Assembly: GCF_006345805.1 (NCBI RefSeq)
Contig: NC_042997.1
Span: 95,294,001-95,358,000, forward strand
Direction of reading: 5' to 3'
Length of the DNA stretch: 64,000 nucleotides
Source: Octopus sinensis
Taxonomy: Eukaryota
Part shown: one piece after another, positions 24,881 to 39,700 of the stretch
Layout: each line of letters begins with the position of its first letter
Numbering within the stretch: position 1 is the first letter of the stretch
Made by a program: the position numbers and the translations under genes
Notes under the pieces: generated by a model
Told to the model about the DNA's origin: nothing
Database searches by the model: none
What the model saw: only the letters and a program-made list of their open reading frames with translations

Positions 24881-26227
24881 GAAGAAGAATAAACTAAATA
24901 CAACAATATATGTTTCAACACACAATTTCACATAAAAAATCTTGCAAAACAAATATATCTATATATAACGCTACAAGTTGAGTTAAAATTGTTTGTCCCT
25001 CTACTGTGTATAATTTCTGTAATTTTGAATTTCTACCCTGTTAAGCTGGATTTACGAGCTTGCGGAGTGACTAATTACTGTCCATGAACATAGCAGATAC
25101 TTACAGCTCTAACATATCTTAATTATGATGTTTAAGGTTCAAATTTTCCGTAGTACGTTGCACGCGACTACACTATCCCTATGTTACTATTATGTCGTAA
25201 CAAACTTAACATTTTATTGGTAATCCGTATTGATAACTTAGATAACTCATATATGTTTCAACCAAAGATTGGCCCAGGCGATGTGTAATTTAATAGCACC
25301 ACCTGATTAGGATAGGATATAGAGATCCTAACGATAAATATGATTTTTGTGTATATGTAATCTATGAATCAATGAAATGTAAATTAAATCTCCTTAACAT
25401 ATAAGATAATATAATTGTCCAAAATCAAGCTGTATTCCAAAAGTCCTTCCTATATTATATTAACGATTAAACGTGTGTACAATGTTAATACTACCAGTTG
25501 ACCGTAAGAAATCCAGCCCCTTTAATTAGCAAAATTGTTATTATTCCTGTATCTTTACCTTCTTTGAATATCTCTAGCTAAGCTATTACCATTTACATAA
25601 TATCTAATACTTTGTATAATACTTTCTAATTCTTAGTATAACGTAGAGATTACTAGATGGAGTACGGACGTATGCATGTGAAAATATCTGAAGGTTGTAT
25701 CCTCCCCGATGGTCTTGGAAGAAAATATATGTTGTTCAAAATTAGCCGTACGTGACATTCCGACCAAAAACAGAGACTACGCTCTTATTGTACGTAATTC
25801 CCATTACAATAACAAATGCAATTTCTTTTACAACTTGTTTACATCCTCTACATTTTAGTTCTTATCTCTTATTCATTTTTTCTATAGATCACGTTCTTGT
25901 TATTTTATTGTCTTTTTATCATGTATTTTTGATTTAACATCTACGGATATATTCAGTCAAAACTTTGGTCGACAAATCTTTATGATTAATTTTTTTTCAT
26001 TTTTATATTTAATTTTACTTTTCTGAAACAGTTTTATATATATTCATATATTTATCCTCCTTTTTAGTATGTTCCAAATGTGGTCATTCTTGTATCTATA
26101 AAGGGCGGGTTTGTGCCCAAATAATTTATCACCTGCTATTAGTTCTGGCAGATGTTTGCTGTGTGACCTGCCACAACCCGTTTTAATGTGTAGTTTGTCC
26201 ATTATTTACAGCACATTTATATTTATA

Positions 26228-27045
26228 CTAGTGGGACCCGTGAATATTTCACGGAATTAATAATAAATCTATTAAATTATTTCTGGATACTTTATCCAAA
26301 AAACCTGAAAGCGTAGCATATGTTGTGTCTGTATGGAAAGATAGTCGCTCATCAGCTACTCATTGAAAAATGAAAGAAATTTCTATATGATAATTACTTA
26401 ATGCCTTTATATATACCCTTTATATAGCTTATGCACAATTTTATAGACTGGATATACAGTGCTCATGTAATAAATATTCACTCATATTTTTCCATTTATC
26501 CCATAAAGAAAAAAATATTTCACGGAATTATACTTATGCGCATGCGTTAAGTGATTGGCGATATCGAAAACTTAGTTCAATTTTTAAAAAAGCTCACTTT
26601 TCATTATCCCAAAACCTCCAGTACCACTTCTATCTCCACCAGCATAACCCCACCACCAACACCATCACCACCACCAAAATCCCATTCTCTCCCCTTTCTC
26701 TCTGCCTTTCTCTAGCCTCACCATCATTATATCACCACCCCTCTGTTAAAATTATTACTGTCCGCCTTCTACCACCCTCATTGACTCTATCCGTCTTTCC
26801 CTCCACTCTCTTTGTTTTTCTGTCTCCCTCTTTCTGTCTCCGTCTTCATCTGATCCTCTTTTCCCTTTCCTTTTTCTTTCTCCTCCTCCCCTTCAACTAA
26901 TCACGTAAAATCGTTTCTCTACCTCACGTCATGGACATATCTCTCTCCCACCTCTTTTCTTTCTCCCTCTTTTTTTTTAATCACATGAAAGTGTTACCGA
27001 CGGGCTAAATAACCCAATGACAAGCAGAATTATTATGTGTATTTA
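26228..27045 (-). mobile_element. Helitron-like element with hairpin+CTAG 3' end (distal end uncertain); same terminus at 56289-56315
   Basis: actagtgggacCCGTGAA-tat-TTCACGG at 26227-26254 and actagcttaacCCGTGAA-aat-TTCACGG at 56288-56315. On the minus strand both read hairpin...CTAG|T. Confidence 0.55.
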
Positions 27046-27489
27046 GTACCTAGACGTATATTTATTTATGTGTAGTTTTATATTTAAAATATATTGGTTA
27101 GAATCGATGATGTAATCTGCCACAAATTAAAAAAATATGTAAAAATCTGAAACAAATATTTATTTTCTTACATCCTTTATTTGGTTAATTTATATACACA
27201 CATTACCATTGTGATGCTTCGATTTTCAGAACAAAAGGGTGGTTAAACCTAGACTGAACCACTATTGGTGTGTTAATTTCCCTGTCCATTAGCGGTTCGG
27301 CAAAAAAAAACCGATAGAATAAGTACTACGCTTAGAAAGAATAAGTCCTGGGTCGATTTGTTCGACGACTGAAACAAGTAAAAGAAAAAAAGAATATATT
27401 TGAGTGTGTGTGTGTGTGTGTGTGTGAGGATTTTCAAAGATGAGAAGGGAGAAGCATACTGACTACTCCATATGTTATCCGTTTTTTTG

Positions 27490-27775
27490 TAGACTGAATA
27501 TCTGAATAACATGAAGGCTTTATATTTCATTTTTGGATTTGGTTTGCAAGATTCTTTATTTGAGTTCGTGTGTTGAAGCATATTCTGTTGTGTCTGGGAA
27601 GAGTAATTTTCTTCTTGTACCGTTCGGACAGAGTCAAGGCTATTGAAAAGGTTGCAAGACGCAACGAAAATTTTAGGAAAATAAAAATGAGAAATAAGTG
27701 GACATTTTACCGGTGAGTGTATAACATTACAAGACACAAAAAGAAAATAACTCTCCCCAGACACAACAAAATGAA
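27490..27775 (+). mobile_element. inverted-arm repeat (family H4) with a central degenerate hammerhead-like motif
   Basis: Arms ~27578-27618 and ~27737-27772 are inverted; HHR-like topology at 27640-27676; a related fragment lies at ~24895-24950. Confidence 0.55.
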
Positions 27776-30700
27776 GGCTTTAATTTTCCTTTAGACCTTG
27801 AGAACGAAAGAATACCCGTATCCAAAAAGAACTTATCAGCCTATAGTCATCTATAATATATACTCGCAAAGTTAGTGAGTGTAACTGTGGATACACTAAC
27901 CTCGTGGATTTATTGATTGATTCATTCATTAATTATTACACTGCAGAGTTTAGATTAAAATTTCGTCAAGTGAATATTTAATGTATCTCGATAATAGACT
28001 CTATTAATCTATTTTTGTCAGTGCACAGAGTTCCGTGCAAGACAAACATGCGAGTTCAAACCCGAACGCATTTCTATACAAAGTAATTATCTGATAATCT
28101 CTTTAGAACAAGATTAGCAATAGGTCACTGACGAAAGTCCAAGAAACAAGTAGCTTTTCGGTTAATCTCTGCATTGATAAAACGTGGAGTGTATTTACTT
28201 TCTCTTCTAAAGTTTTACAAGGATGCCGACTGAAAGGTTTATTTGTAAAAACATGCATACGGCCTCGAAAACAAAACTGTCTATTGCACTATTAACTTAT
28301 CTGATAATTTACTTTGTTAACGCAGGCACTATCACAAGGAAGGAAGAGACTACTACAGCTCTTTCCGTGTATGGATATAAAATATATAGCTCAAACTACG
28401 TGAAGATTCTTTCCATTGTAAAGATCTAACAAGACTAAAATTAATTCACGTTATTTCTTTCAATCCTTAGACATCAAATTCTAGAAGTAGAAAATGGCCT
28501 TGAAACGCGATATATAATGTAGGAATTTTTCTTATTAAAGAAAAGATAAGATACAGTTCCCTCAAAGTTATAGACTTTCTTCCAGCATCACTTAACTAAT
28601 TTACCCGCGTGTATAAATATCTCTACACACCATTATTGCTATCAAATCCACCACGTAAGATAATCATATAGACGACATTATTTGTACTAAAAGTGTTGAA
28701 CAAATTTTCTTGAGATATGTGCTTCGAATAATAGTCAATTTCGGCTCTTAATTTTTTCATAGTATTTAGAGATGTATAGTACACTTTTAGTTGTTATTTC
28801 TACTATAGTTCACTTCGTATTTATAGTGCCAATAGATTAATTTTTATCATACTTTATTATCCAAAGATAATTAAATTGTAGTGAATTTTTAGATCATTAA
28901 TAGGAAACAGAATTGCTGAATATAAAGAATTATATATGATCAAATTATTTGCGTTTTCAATTTGCCTGTTGCTGACACAGTATAAACCCAATCATTTGAC
29001 AATTAACCTAAATTATGTGCTGAAATTATTTTATGACGTTAACTGTCATATATGGCCGGCTGGGAGAAATGAACATTAGATTTAATTAGTCCAGCCATCC
29101 TACATGCTTAATTCGGTAATAAGATGAAGGAACACTAGAAAATTCTACGTGTGCAATAAAAAACTACAAATCAGTTGATGTGACGAGACGAAAACGACGG
29201 ATCCTATTAGAACCCATGAATCATAATTTTACACTAAAAACCCTATTTCCGCCGATTAGATACACACGGTAGTTCATAATGATACTTCTCATTTTTTGTA
29301 ATAAGTGTAATTTATTTGTAATAAACACGCTTGTTCCAATCCAAGATACTTGTGTCTAAAAAGTGTTCCAATCCTAGTTACACTTGTCTAAAAGGAGTCC
29401 TAACTTTATGCTTTAATTTTTCATCAATAATAATGTCTTTGTCAGTATATAACATTATTAATTTAAGATAGATATTTATTTCAAATATTGGCACAAAGTC
29501 AGCAATTTCGTGTGAGGGGCTCAGTCGGTTACAATGGCCTCAAAGTTCTACTGGTACTTATTCTATCGACGCCGAAGGGATGAAAGGCAAAGTTGACCTC
29601 GGGAGATTTTAAACTCAGAACGTAAAGACGGACGAAATGATGCTATGCGTTTTTGATATGGTGCTAACGATTCTGCTAGTTCCCCGTCTATTTTAAGTTT
29701 AATATTAACAGATAGTAAGACGGCGAGCTGGCAGAATCGTTACCGCACCGGACAAAATGCTTCGCATCATTTCTTCCGACTTTACAAATGCGACCGGTGC
29801 ATGTAATATACTATCGGGTCCTATAATATACGTACCGTATGTGCACTGGGGTCGATGTAGTTGACTTACACTCTCCATTGAAATTGCAAGACTTATTTCA
29901 AAATTTGGAATCAATATTAACTTATGTTATCGTAAGTAAATATCATATGCAAATACAAGCTTAAATAATTAATTGTTGTCGGCGAACCATGCAGCATTAT
30001 TTAACCATAATACACTACCAAATATGTTAAAGCCTGATAAGTCGATAGCGTATCCTACATGTGTTAGCAGTGCAATTTAATCACTTTTAAATATCTTCTC
30101 TACAAATTTTCGTAGCTTTTAGTGCTGACTAATTTATATCGAAAATCTGTAGCGATAACTTTAAAAAGTGATTAAATCGCACCATTATCAGCCATTATCA
30201 CTGGTAGTATATAATATCCACTTATCAGCCTTGAACATATTTGGCTGAATATTAAGGTTGCATAATGAAGTACAGTTCCCCGACCAGCAATAAGTTACTT
30301 AAGTTAGTATTTACTTATGATAAAGTATGTTAATATTCGTTTAAAATTTTGACACAAGTCCTGTAATTTCGGGGAAAGGTGTAAGTCGATTACTTTGACC
30401 CGAGTGCAAAACTGGTTCTTATTTTATGGGACCTAAAAGGATGAAACGCAAAGTCGACCCCGGCCACTAGGTATTTTGTCTGACCCGGTAACGATAATGC
30501 CAGCTTGCCGCCTTAATCGCTGTTGATATCAAGGCAAAAAATAAAAAAAAGTAAGAAATTCCACAGAGGTTGACTTTGTCTTTCATCCCTCAGGCTAGAC
30601 CAAGTAAGTACCAGTTAGCATTGGAGTCGATATAATCGACTTCTCCTTACTGCAAAGTTTGAAAACAATAATCACTATTTATCTTACATTATCGAGTGGA

Positions 30701-30990
30701 ATATATTTCTATAAGATATAAACAGATTATTTATTTCGAAAATTAAAATGCGACATCGGTTCTACACAACCGAATTGAACATAGATTCTCTAACTGAAGT
30801 CGTCCTTTAATAATGTCTTTATGTATGTCATGTCTGATATATGATCTTCGTTATAATACGTTATTCTATCAAAGTCTGTGTCTGTTAACCGACGTTCTTT
30901 TATAATTACAGTAGTCGACCTAGAATAAGTGGCTAAAAACGGTCTTCAGTGAGCATGCCTTCCAGTAGCTAGGATATAACGTATCTTATG

Positions 30991-31031
<41 letters not shown>

Positions 31032-31032
31032 T

Positions 31033-31095
<63 letters not shown>

Positions 31096-31764
31096 GTGTG
31101 TGAGTATGTGTGTGTGTGTGTGAGTGTGTGTGCGTGCGTGTATGTAAGTGTGCTATTCTGAAATTTACCACCTTCACCATTTATAAACGATACTTAACAC
31201 TTGATTTCTAAAATGTTGGCAAAAAAGAGTCAGGTGTGTTGAAAATATTTCCAGCTTCTGAAGTGTATTTGGAAGCTAAATTTACACAGTTTCTTGTTAA
31301 ATATATTCCTTGTCACGTTGACAATTACAATTGATTGGGAAATTTTCTTTCAGAAAAAATCGAAACCAAAACCAGTAGGTCGTGCTGAACTTTTGTAGTA
31401 GCGATTTCCTTTGAAATGAAAGAACGTATGCTGCATATATTAAGATGTTCTTTAATAAGTTGACTTGATATTATTAAAAGTTCTACGTCATAATATTGGT
31501 TTTTATACATAACGTAACTTTAATATTAGCAGTAATAAGGTTTTTTTTTAATAAAAGAACGTCTATATAACTGTTTTTTCTTTTGTTAGTGAAGCATGTA
31601 ATTACATTACCATCAACAGTAGCACAGGTGTAACAGTCTATATGTAGAACACTGTATGGTGCAAAGGCATGAATGATATATGATTACACGTGCATGTGTG
31701 TGTGTTCCACTGCTTATGCACAGTTTATATTTGGTAGGTTTTAATTCATCACATATATTTGCGG

Positions 31765-31950
31765 ATCCGTGGAATAAGCTGCCGGACGAGATAGTGAAGA
31801 TGACGACGACCGCTCGGTTCAAAGTCTCCCTTGACCACAAATGGCCTGAACTCTTTACATGAACACCACCCTGTAATTAACTCCATGGTCCCCTACATGG
31901 CCTTGCTTTTTGCTTTTTGAGCCAAAAAATTAATTAACTAACTAACTTAA
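31765..31950 (+). mobile_element. CR1/L2-clade LINE 3' end
   Basis: DPWNKLPDEIVKMTTTARFKVSLDHKW matches the WNxLPxEVV...FKxxLD C-terminus; short (TAAC)n tail. Confidence 0.75.
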
Positions 31951-32169
31951 TTAGAAACCGAAATATTTGAAAACGTGTTGTATTGTTTGATTTAAAATAT
32001 TCAAAGACGTAGCTAAAAATGTATCTTTCTCAAATCAAATATGTAGGATGTTCTGGCTAAATTTGGCTTTTTGCGTAAAAGGGAGAAAAATCATATTATC
32101 CCACCCAAAAGAAAATTATTTCAAAAACTCAAAAAGTAACTACTAAATTATAGCTGGGAGATAACAGTT

Positions 32170-32750
32170 TATTCAAAGTAGCCACCTCAGCGACCACAGC
32201 GGTGTCAAGACGCTTGCATTCCTTACTGAAGACCTGGGAATATCTTCATTTTACTCAACTGCTCGGTCTTGGTGCTGCAGGCAGAGCAGCTGATATCTTT
32301 CTCAACCGCTCCCTACTCATAGTAATTCATTGGAATACAATCGGAAAAATTGTTAGGTCACAAATTGGAACTGGTGAAGTCGTAGGGCATTATTTGACAA
32401 AGCTTTCTGTCCCTCTTTGGAGTTGTAGGAAGGAGCCGAATTCTACTGCCACACACATACATCCAGCAGCTAAACATATCCATCTGAATTGAGCCTAATT
32501 GCCCTGTTAAAAGTTGCGGGGATCGATTCCAGCGTGTAGACGCAGCACAACGCCTGCTATGTCCCTTCCTGTTGGCTGCAGATTTGTAGACTACGTTACG
32601 ATTATCCATGGCATGACTTACGGTTCGTGTACAGAGGCCTTTGAGAAGTAGTTATGATGTTGGCATTTTGAAATACGTCGCGAATAATCATGATTCAGAT
32701 TACTCTTTTCCAATACTCAGACACCTTCCAGTCATCCATGCCAGCTAACG
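32170..32750 (-). pseudogene. decayed Tc1/mariner-superfamily transposase, maT/DD37D-like
   Basis: Minus-strand pieces RLNSDGY, YVWQ*NSAP, YDFTSSNL*PNNFSDCIPMNYYE*GAVEKD and GGYFE* correspond to the catalytic C-terminal half. Confidence 0.75.
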
Positions 32751-33329
32751 ATTTTTCTCCACTAAAACTTTAATCTTTATGCCACCGAACGTCGTTCACT
32801 GTTTGTTCACCAATACAAGAAATTGTTTCTGAGAAAAGGAGACATGAAATATTGTCAATTTTAACCCGATTAGCCTTTAAGAAATACGAGTGATAACGAT
32901 TCTTTAATATATTTCGGTCAATTTAATGGCAAAGGTGTCGTTATCAACAAAGGTAAAGCCACACAGTTTTAGTGGAGATCTCTTTAATCTATACCCCTCT
33001 TTCAAAATTAGTAATGACTGGGGAGTAGATTCATCGGTGTCCTAATTAGCTTCTGCAATCGAAAACGTTGCAATTTACTTCGCTAATTCAAAAATGCCAA
33101 ACATTGATAGAGTGGAAACAAAGTTCGGCTGATTTTGTTTCCTCAAGCCAGAAAGCATTTGCGTCGCTTTTGTGATATATTCAGAGATTCATATATCGTC
33201 AGCCAATAAGGGATATGCTCATCTTGGTAAATTCAAGCAATTGAGAAGCAAATCTATGGCATTGAACAGAATATCTGCCGCAGTTCATCTTATTGAAACT
33301 ATAATATGTTGTATTATATAAAATAGATG

Positions 33330-33580
33330 TTGTCCTGAGGTTTCGTGACATGAGTCTCCTCAAATTTCTTGCAGAATACTTGATGGCGTTTCTCCAGGTC
33401 GTCAACGTGACAGTCAATTCTAGTATCATTCAGCCTGTTAGGTATCGGTTTTGTTGCTCCAAACGCACCCATTACCTTAGGAATAATTATCGTTTTATTG
33501 TTCCACAGTCTCTTCATATCTTTGGCTGATTTTGACATTCTGTAGGCATTCACTCTGTTATCATATGGCATTGAAAAATT
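33330..33580 (-). mobile_element. R4/Dong-like LINE endonuclease C-terminal remnant
   Basis: AKDMKRLWNNKTIIIPKVMGAFG...DLEK resembles EVTRMWNLKTETIPIIVGALG of the copy at 46400-46460. Confidence 0.6.
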
Positions 33581-33939
33581 TATGATCTAAATATGTTTTA
33601 TATTTTATATTTTCTCTCCTCTACATTCATATCTGATACTCCTGCTTCAAATTATCGTCAGCTTTTCTAGGAGAGATTCCCCATAGAATCTTGAAATTAT
33701 CATTCTCTATTACGACTTCTAGGTCGGAGATTTTCCACTGTTACCTAATTTACGTCTACATACACCGCTAACAAAGCAAAGCATGTTTTTACCTGCACCC
33801 TCATTCCTGGATTTATGCTGTTTTTTATTGCGGTAGCTCACTACTTCACTCAAGCTGCTAGCTTATGGCAATTAATTATCATTCATTGTTTTTGTTTTTT
33901 GTTATTGTTCGTTTATGAATTTATAGAATGTGCGTTATC

Positions 33940-34370
33940 GGTGAAAAGGTCTCGATTGTGTGACTAATAAATTGCCCGATATTATTAGGTCTTGGTAGTA
34001 AAGGAAGTTGTTGCCTATGTTGGTGATAGCTGGTGTTGATGACATCATGTGAATTATTTTTGTTTATTGGGGGTGTTTGTATATAGTAGTGGTTGCTTTA
34101 TTTAATTAGTAGCGATTGTATTGTATATTTTCTGTTTGATATGCGAAAATTTTGTTTCTTCTAAGATGACCATCATGCGTAAATATGGGAGTCGTATGAT
34201 ATTTTGCTTATGTTGCTATTATGTGCACGTGCAACATCGCAAATCAAAAGAATATGTTTATACATTCTTAAACATATTCCGGTTGATATTGACACGAACA
34301 TTCTAATCGCGTTTGTATATCCTTTTCCTAGTATAACTTCTCCCTTTATGCGATGAGTATCGGTAAATCA
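33940..34370 (-). mobile_element. possible decayed PLE reverse-transcriptase thumb region
   Basis: Weak resemblance only (YKHILL...AHNSNISKISYDS); A-rich strand with stops. Confidence 0.25.
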
Positions 34371-35585
34371 CACGATTAGATCCTGAGATTCTGTTAATTA
34401 AGACACTCAGCCATGTCCATACTGTCAAACTATTCGTCTTTAAACGTAGCTCAATTCTTTTGTTTGTATGTTAACCTTGGCGACGCAAAGTTTCACTGGC
34501 ATTGAAGCAGTGATTTTTACGAATAACATGAATTTTCACCATGTGGCCGCTATCCATTGTTAATGAATTTCGTCCAGTTTGGGCCCACATTCAACAGATG
34601 ATTTCCCTGACTATAATCGACTATATCACAAGTAACAATGAATACAACTGCATATATTCCCTCCAAATCGTTGTTGCAACATTAGACAAATGTTTATAAT
34701 AAATACTTACCTGTTTTCTATTAGAATTTTATATCCATGGGCCTCATTGATGAGTTTGCGATGAAATACACATGTAGAGTCAAAATGTGTTCAGTTTAGT
34801 TCACTCTAAATATGCCATTGAATAATGAGTAGCTAACATGCTATGGAAATGAATATCGTGGCAAACAATAGAGGTAACTAAACTTGTGAGAACGTTGTAC
34901 CACTTTACTGAGAAGCTATTTTAAAAGCGTATACATTCCTACATTCAGAAGAAAAAGAAACTATTCGAATTGTAGCCGCAGGATTGTTAATTTATATTTA
35001 CTATCAATCGAAATTATGCATTAGGTAAGTATTTTGAAGATGAGGCGTGTGTTGTTGGGTTATATTTTTAAATATATTACTGATATTTAGTTCTGTTTGT
35101 AACAGAAACATTAAATACACAATTGATACGAGATAGAAATTTACAATATTACCGAAATAGATGTAGTAAGAAATTCAACATTTTGACCATTCATACCATT
35201 TCAAGAAAGATTATCGATTCATGTTAGCATTGAATGTAAAGATATTTCGTATTTGAGATACGTAAGAGTATTTGAATAAATATGGTAAAGGAGAAATAAA
35301 AGGTATAGTGATAACCTTTGAAATTTTCTTTGAATTCATTGAAATGTTTAGATAGAAATAGTTAGAAATGTAAAAAAAAGAGTCAATTCGTTTCTTAAAT
35401 CTTATATATATCTAAACTTATGTCCTTCATTATATGACATTGTGATATTAATATAAATACTTTTCCCTGACTATGTTGTGCTGGATAGTCACTGGGAATA
35501 ATAACTATATTATTTCTAAGATGCATTGCTACTTGTAGATAATACAATAGTTTGTACTTCGTAGCATACTGGCATTACTTATTTA

Positions 35586-36798
35586 TCAGGTCATCCCATA
35601 AGTTCTGTCCGATTTTACCTTTTTAAAAATTGAATGACTTTTAATAGTATTTTAGAATGTCTAATGTAATTAAAACTTATTTTCATGCATTTGTGTACAT
35701 TTAAACTAATTAGATATTATTTTACAGAATAATAGAATTAAAATTTCTTTGATTAAATCCCTTTCTAAAATGGAAGTATCCAAAGAGCATTTGAGGCACA
35801 TAATGCTTTATGAGTACGAAAAAGTAAACTCTGCAGCCGAAGCGACTCGAAACGTACACTCAGTTTATGGAAAAGGATACATGAATGAAATAACTTGCAG
35901 AAGATGGTTTGCAAAATTCAGGAGTGGAGATTTCAGCCTTGAAGATGAAGATCGAACAGGACGTCCAGTTGAGTTTGATGATAAGCTCCTTGAGGCATTA
36001 CTTGAAGAAAATTCTGCATTATCAGTTGAAGAATTAGCAATAAAGCTTAGTTCAAACCATACAACTGTTTATCGTCATCTTCAACAACATGGAAAGTTTC
36101 CTAAACTTGAAAATAGGTGAATTGTCCGAAAGCAACTGCAAATGCCGAGTTGCATCTGCTCTTCTCTCCATTCTCGCGAACGCAGTTCACCATTTTTGGA
36201 TAGACTTGTGACTGCTGACGAAAAATGGATCTTCTATCGAAATGTTAAACGTCGTAAGCAGTGGCTTGGTAAAAGGAAAAAAGCTCAACCACAACCGTGA
36301 AGGGAACTTCATGGAAAAAAAGGTTCTTCTCCCTATCTGGTGGGATTGCAAAGGAGTAATTTATTATGAATTTTTACCACGTAATACAACAATCAAAGCT
36401 CAAGTCTACAGTCAGCAATTCGAGCATTTGAACCAAACCTTGAAGAAAAAATATTCGCTTTAGTGAATCGAAAAGGAGTGATGTTTCATCAGGACAATGA
36501 GCGACCCCACACTGCACAGATCATCCAGCTTATTCTCCCGACCTTGACCCTTCAGACTACCGTTTGTTTCGTAGTTTACATTTGTGGCACATAACTTTCG
36601 CAAGCCAGAAGGAAGTCGAAACTAACATTTCAGAGTTCTTCGCTTTGAAACCAAAAGAGTTTTACATTGTAAATAGATTGAAGGAAGTAATAGATAATCA
36701 GGGATAGTACGTTGATGATTAATTTTCTATTAAATATAAGATTTGACCACTTGTTTTTCTTTATTCAAAATTCGGACAGAACTAATGGGATGAATTGT
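35586..36798 (+). mobile_element. mariner element with TIRs; transposase pseudogene at ~35770-36722
   Basis: TIRs tcaggtcatcccataagttctgtccg and cggacagaactaatgggatgaattg, TA on the left flank. Translation: MEVSKEHLRHIMLYE...RRWFAKFRSGDFSLEDEDRTGRP, LVTADEKWIFYRN, VLLPIWWDCKG, HQDNERPH, YSPDLDPSDY. Deletion in the WVPHEL linker plus other frameshifts. Confidence 0.95.
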
Positions 36799-39700
36799 AA
36801 CATACATTTAAAATACATTCTACTTCATTCAAACATTAACTAATATTTGATAGAGAACTTAATACACTGGATAGCGCTGATACATATGGTTATTATATGA
36901 AATGTTGACTCACTCCTTAGAATTACACAGCGGGTCGGGCTGGGCTGGGCTATTTATAATTGTCGTCAATATATAGACATATAACAATATTTCACTTTAA
37001 TATGTGTTAACACGTCAATTAATGTCATGTTGGTAAAGGCGTATAATTTATGAGATATATAAGTGCACGTGTGTGGCTGACTATTGTAACACTAAATTGC
37101 TCAATTGTGTGTGCATAAACAAGACTGAGTATAGGTATCTTAAAACATCTTAAAATTATACAATATTTTTCGTTTCTCTCTACGAATGAAATGTTTGGCA
37201 AACTGAACGTTCCCTCACAGACGTTACAGGATATGAAGGATGCTGGGAAATTTGCTTAAAATGAACAATGAATTTGAATCTGTATTGCATGGAATGACAA
37301 ACAAAAGCATAATCATGAATGATCAACAAGGGATTGGAACATTCGCATGTGTGTGTATGTGTTGATATATAGAAATATAGAAATATATACATATATGTGT
37401 CTATGTATGTAAGAGTGTGTATAAATGTATGTGTGTGTGTGTCTATGTGTGTGTGTGTGTGTGTGTTTGTGTGTGTGCTTGTATGTGTGCGCGTCAGATT
37501 TTCTCCCGCACCCATTTCTACGTTAAAGTACGCATCAGTTTCATCATCTGCTGCCTTACTGAATTACAGCACTCCGTAGTCACGTGTAAACGTAATGCAA
37601 TTCTCAAGTATAATCTCTATGACATAGTATGCGACAGGGTCAAGCATTTTTATTACAGACATTATCCACTCGACGGTCTCATACTGTATTTCCTTCAACC
37701 CATAATCGCCCATAATATTTCGTTCGAGGCGATGGTAGGCAAAGTCATTCGCACAAGATGAATTTTACATAACCCTGCCACTGCCTTGTTGCGCAGCGAA
37801 ATTCTTAACTGGAAACCAAGGATGGAAGATTGTATGGCTGAATGGTTTAGTAATTCGGTACACAACCATTTGGGATCTTGTTTAAGTGCATGTCCAGAGG
37901 CAACTGCAGAGTTTGTCGCAAGTGAAATCTATTTCTTGTCATGTTCTGTCGGTTGGTGGAGTAGTTACACAAGTGCGCACACACGAACTGTTACACACCC
38001 TGTCATATAGCAGCGAGCCGAAATCTACGGAAGAGATAGAGAGAGACATGGAATGAAAGTTGTACGGAAAGGGATGATCTATTGGCCTAACAACAATATT
38101 CCAGAAGTGTTCGTGAACCTTTTAGCGTAAAATTCCTGGCTGAGAGATTAAATATAGAATACAAGGGTTGAATGCTAACTTATAAAGATCGGTAAAAAAA
38201 ATATGAGTACTAAATATTAAAGTGAATAAGAAGATGTGAACGAAAGTTTTAATTTATTTCAGAAATAGCAGAGATGTGTGCCTCCAATGCCACAATACGA
38301 ATTTCCTTTATTTTAAGCAGATTGTGGTTATCTTCACATAAGTGGTTGGCGAATTTTGGCAATCACTGATCAGAGAATCTATAAAATCTCTAGCATCTTT
38401 GTTAACACTTTGGTCAAATTTTTGAAATTCTCATTTAGTAGAGTTGTGGGCCTAAAATTATCTGTGTGTTACCACTTATTACAATTCTTCCCCAGCAGTA
38501 CCTTCGCTCGTTAATACACAAAACTAAGAATTCTGCTATTTTGCTCATCTATTCGGTAGATATCTGGTCCGGGGCATGCCAACAGATTTGGCGTATTGAA
38601 GTAAATATTGTATGGTTGACCATGGAAACCGGACGATTTATATCCTGTGCAGTCTGTCATTTATTCCCGCTTGTCCACGACTCATATTGGTCTTGCGCAC
38701 CGCAAAGCCACCCTTTCGCCGAGAGATGCAATAGAGAGATGCAACAGGCCATACGGAGAGGTACTACACTTAGTCTTATTCCATTTCTGAGTCAATTTCT
38801 GCTTGGTGTAGCAGATGTCTTTTAATTTGGACAATCTATGCTATCACTCAGAACTCGTAAGCAGAACGCTCGATCTATTTATGATCTGGATGTTCCAATG
38901 TGATTTAATTATCTCCAAATCGCACCCATGGGACACTGTCAATATTAATGAGGCAAATGGCAAAAACTGAGAAGATTTATAAGGCGTTGGACCCCCTCCT
39001 GCAAGCTATTCTCACACAGTCTGTATGTACATTAAAGATCATATGCCAAACATCCACTAATACTAAAGAACGAGACGTTCTCTGGAAAGCCTCCAACAGC
39101 TTGAACAAATCTGGTCACCAAATCCTATCGCGACCGACACGGCTATAGGTTTCAAGATATGACTTTTGCTGATGGTTACATCTATGATTCCGAAAGAAAA
39201 CAGCAGTGCCACCTCTCAAAGACGGTTAATGTACTGATAATTAAATCTCATATCCACCGAAAATATGGAGTTTGTGAAGCCAAAACATTGGTCCTTCTAA
39301 TGGCCACCATATGCATATGTAGTAACCTACTGCTGTTATTGATGTAATTGCTACACTCACCCTTGTTGTTATTACTCCTGATGTTGTTGCTCTTCTTACT
39401 ATTGCAGTTACTGTTATTTTCGCCACTGCTGGATTTTCCCATTTAAGATTCAGCCTTAATTTAATTGCATTTCTTTTTTGTTCTTTTTTTTTCGGTTTGT
39501 GTGTTACATAAAGTCCCAAAGATCTTAATTAGCTCATCTTTTTCTCCCTTCTGGGGCGAAGTATAAAGGAATGTGTTTCTTTCAAATTTGCTCGTTTCTG
39601 TAAAAAAAGTTTTAAATGTACATGATGTCGAATTATTCGGCAATGTTCAGAGATGTGAGATTAGAGATTGGATGACTTTTGTTGATGTTTCCTTTACCAT

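Noticed and set aside
27631-27713. Apparent exon ending at a perfect CG|gtgagt donor
   Set aside because: It lies inside the inverted-arm repeat H4, which has a related copy elsewhere.
38540-39250. GC-richer block with GYRF...TFADG (RT-like)
   Set aside because: One imperfect motif only; may be an old retroelement but cannot be supported.
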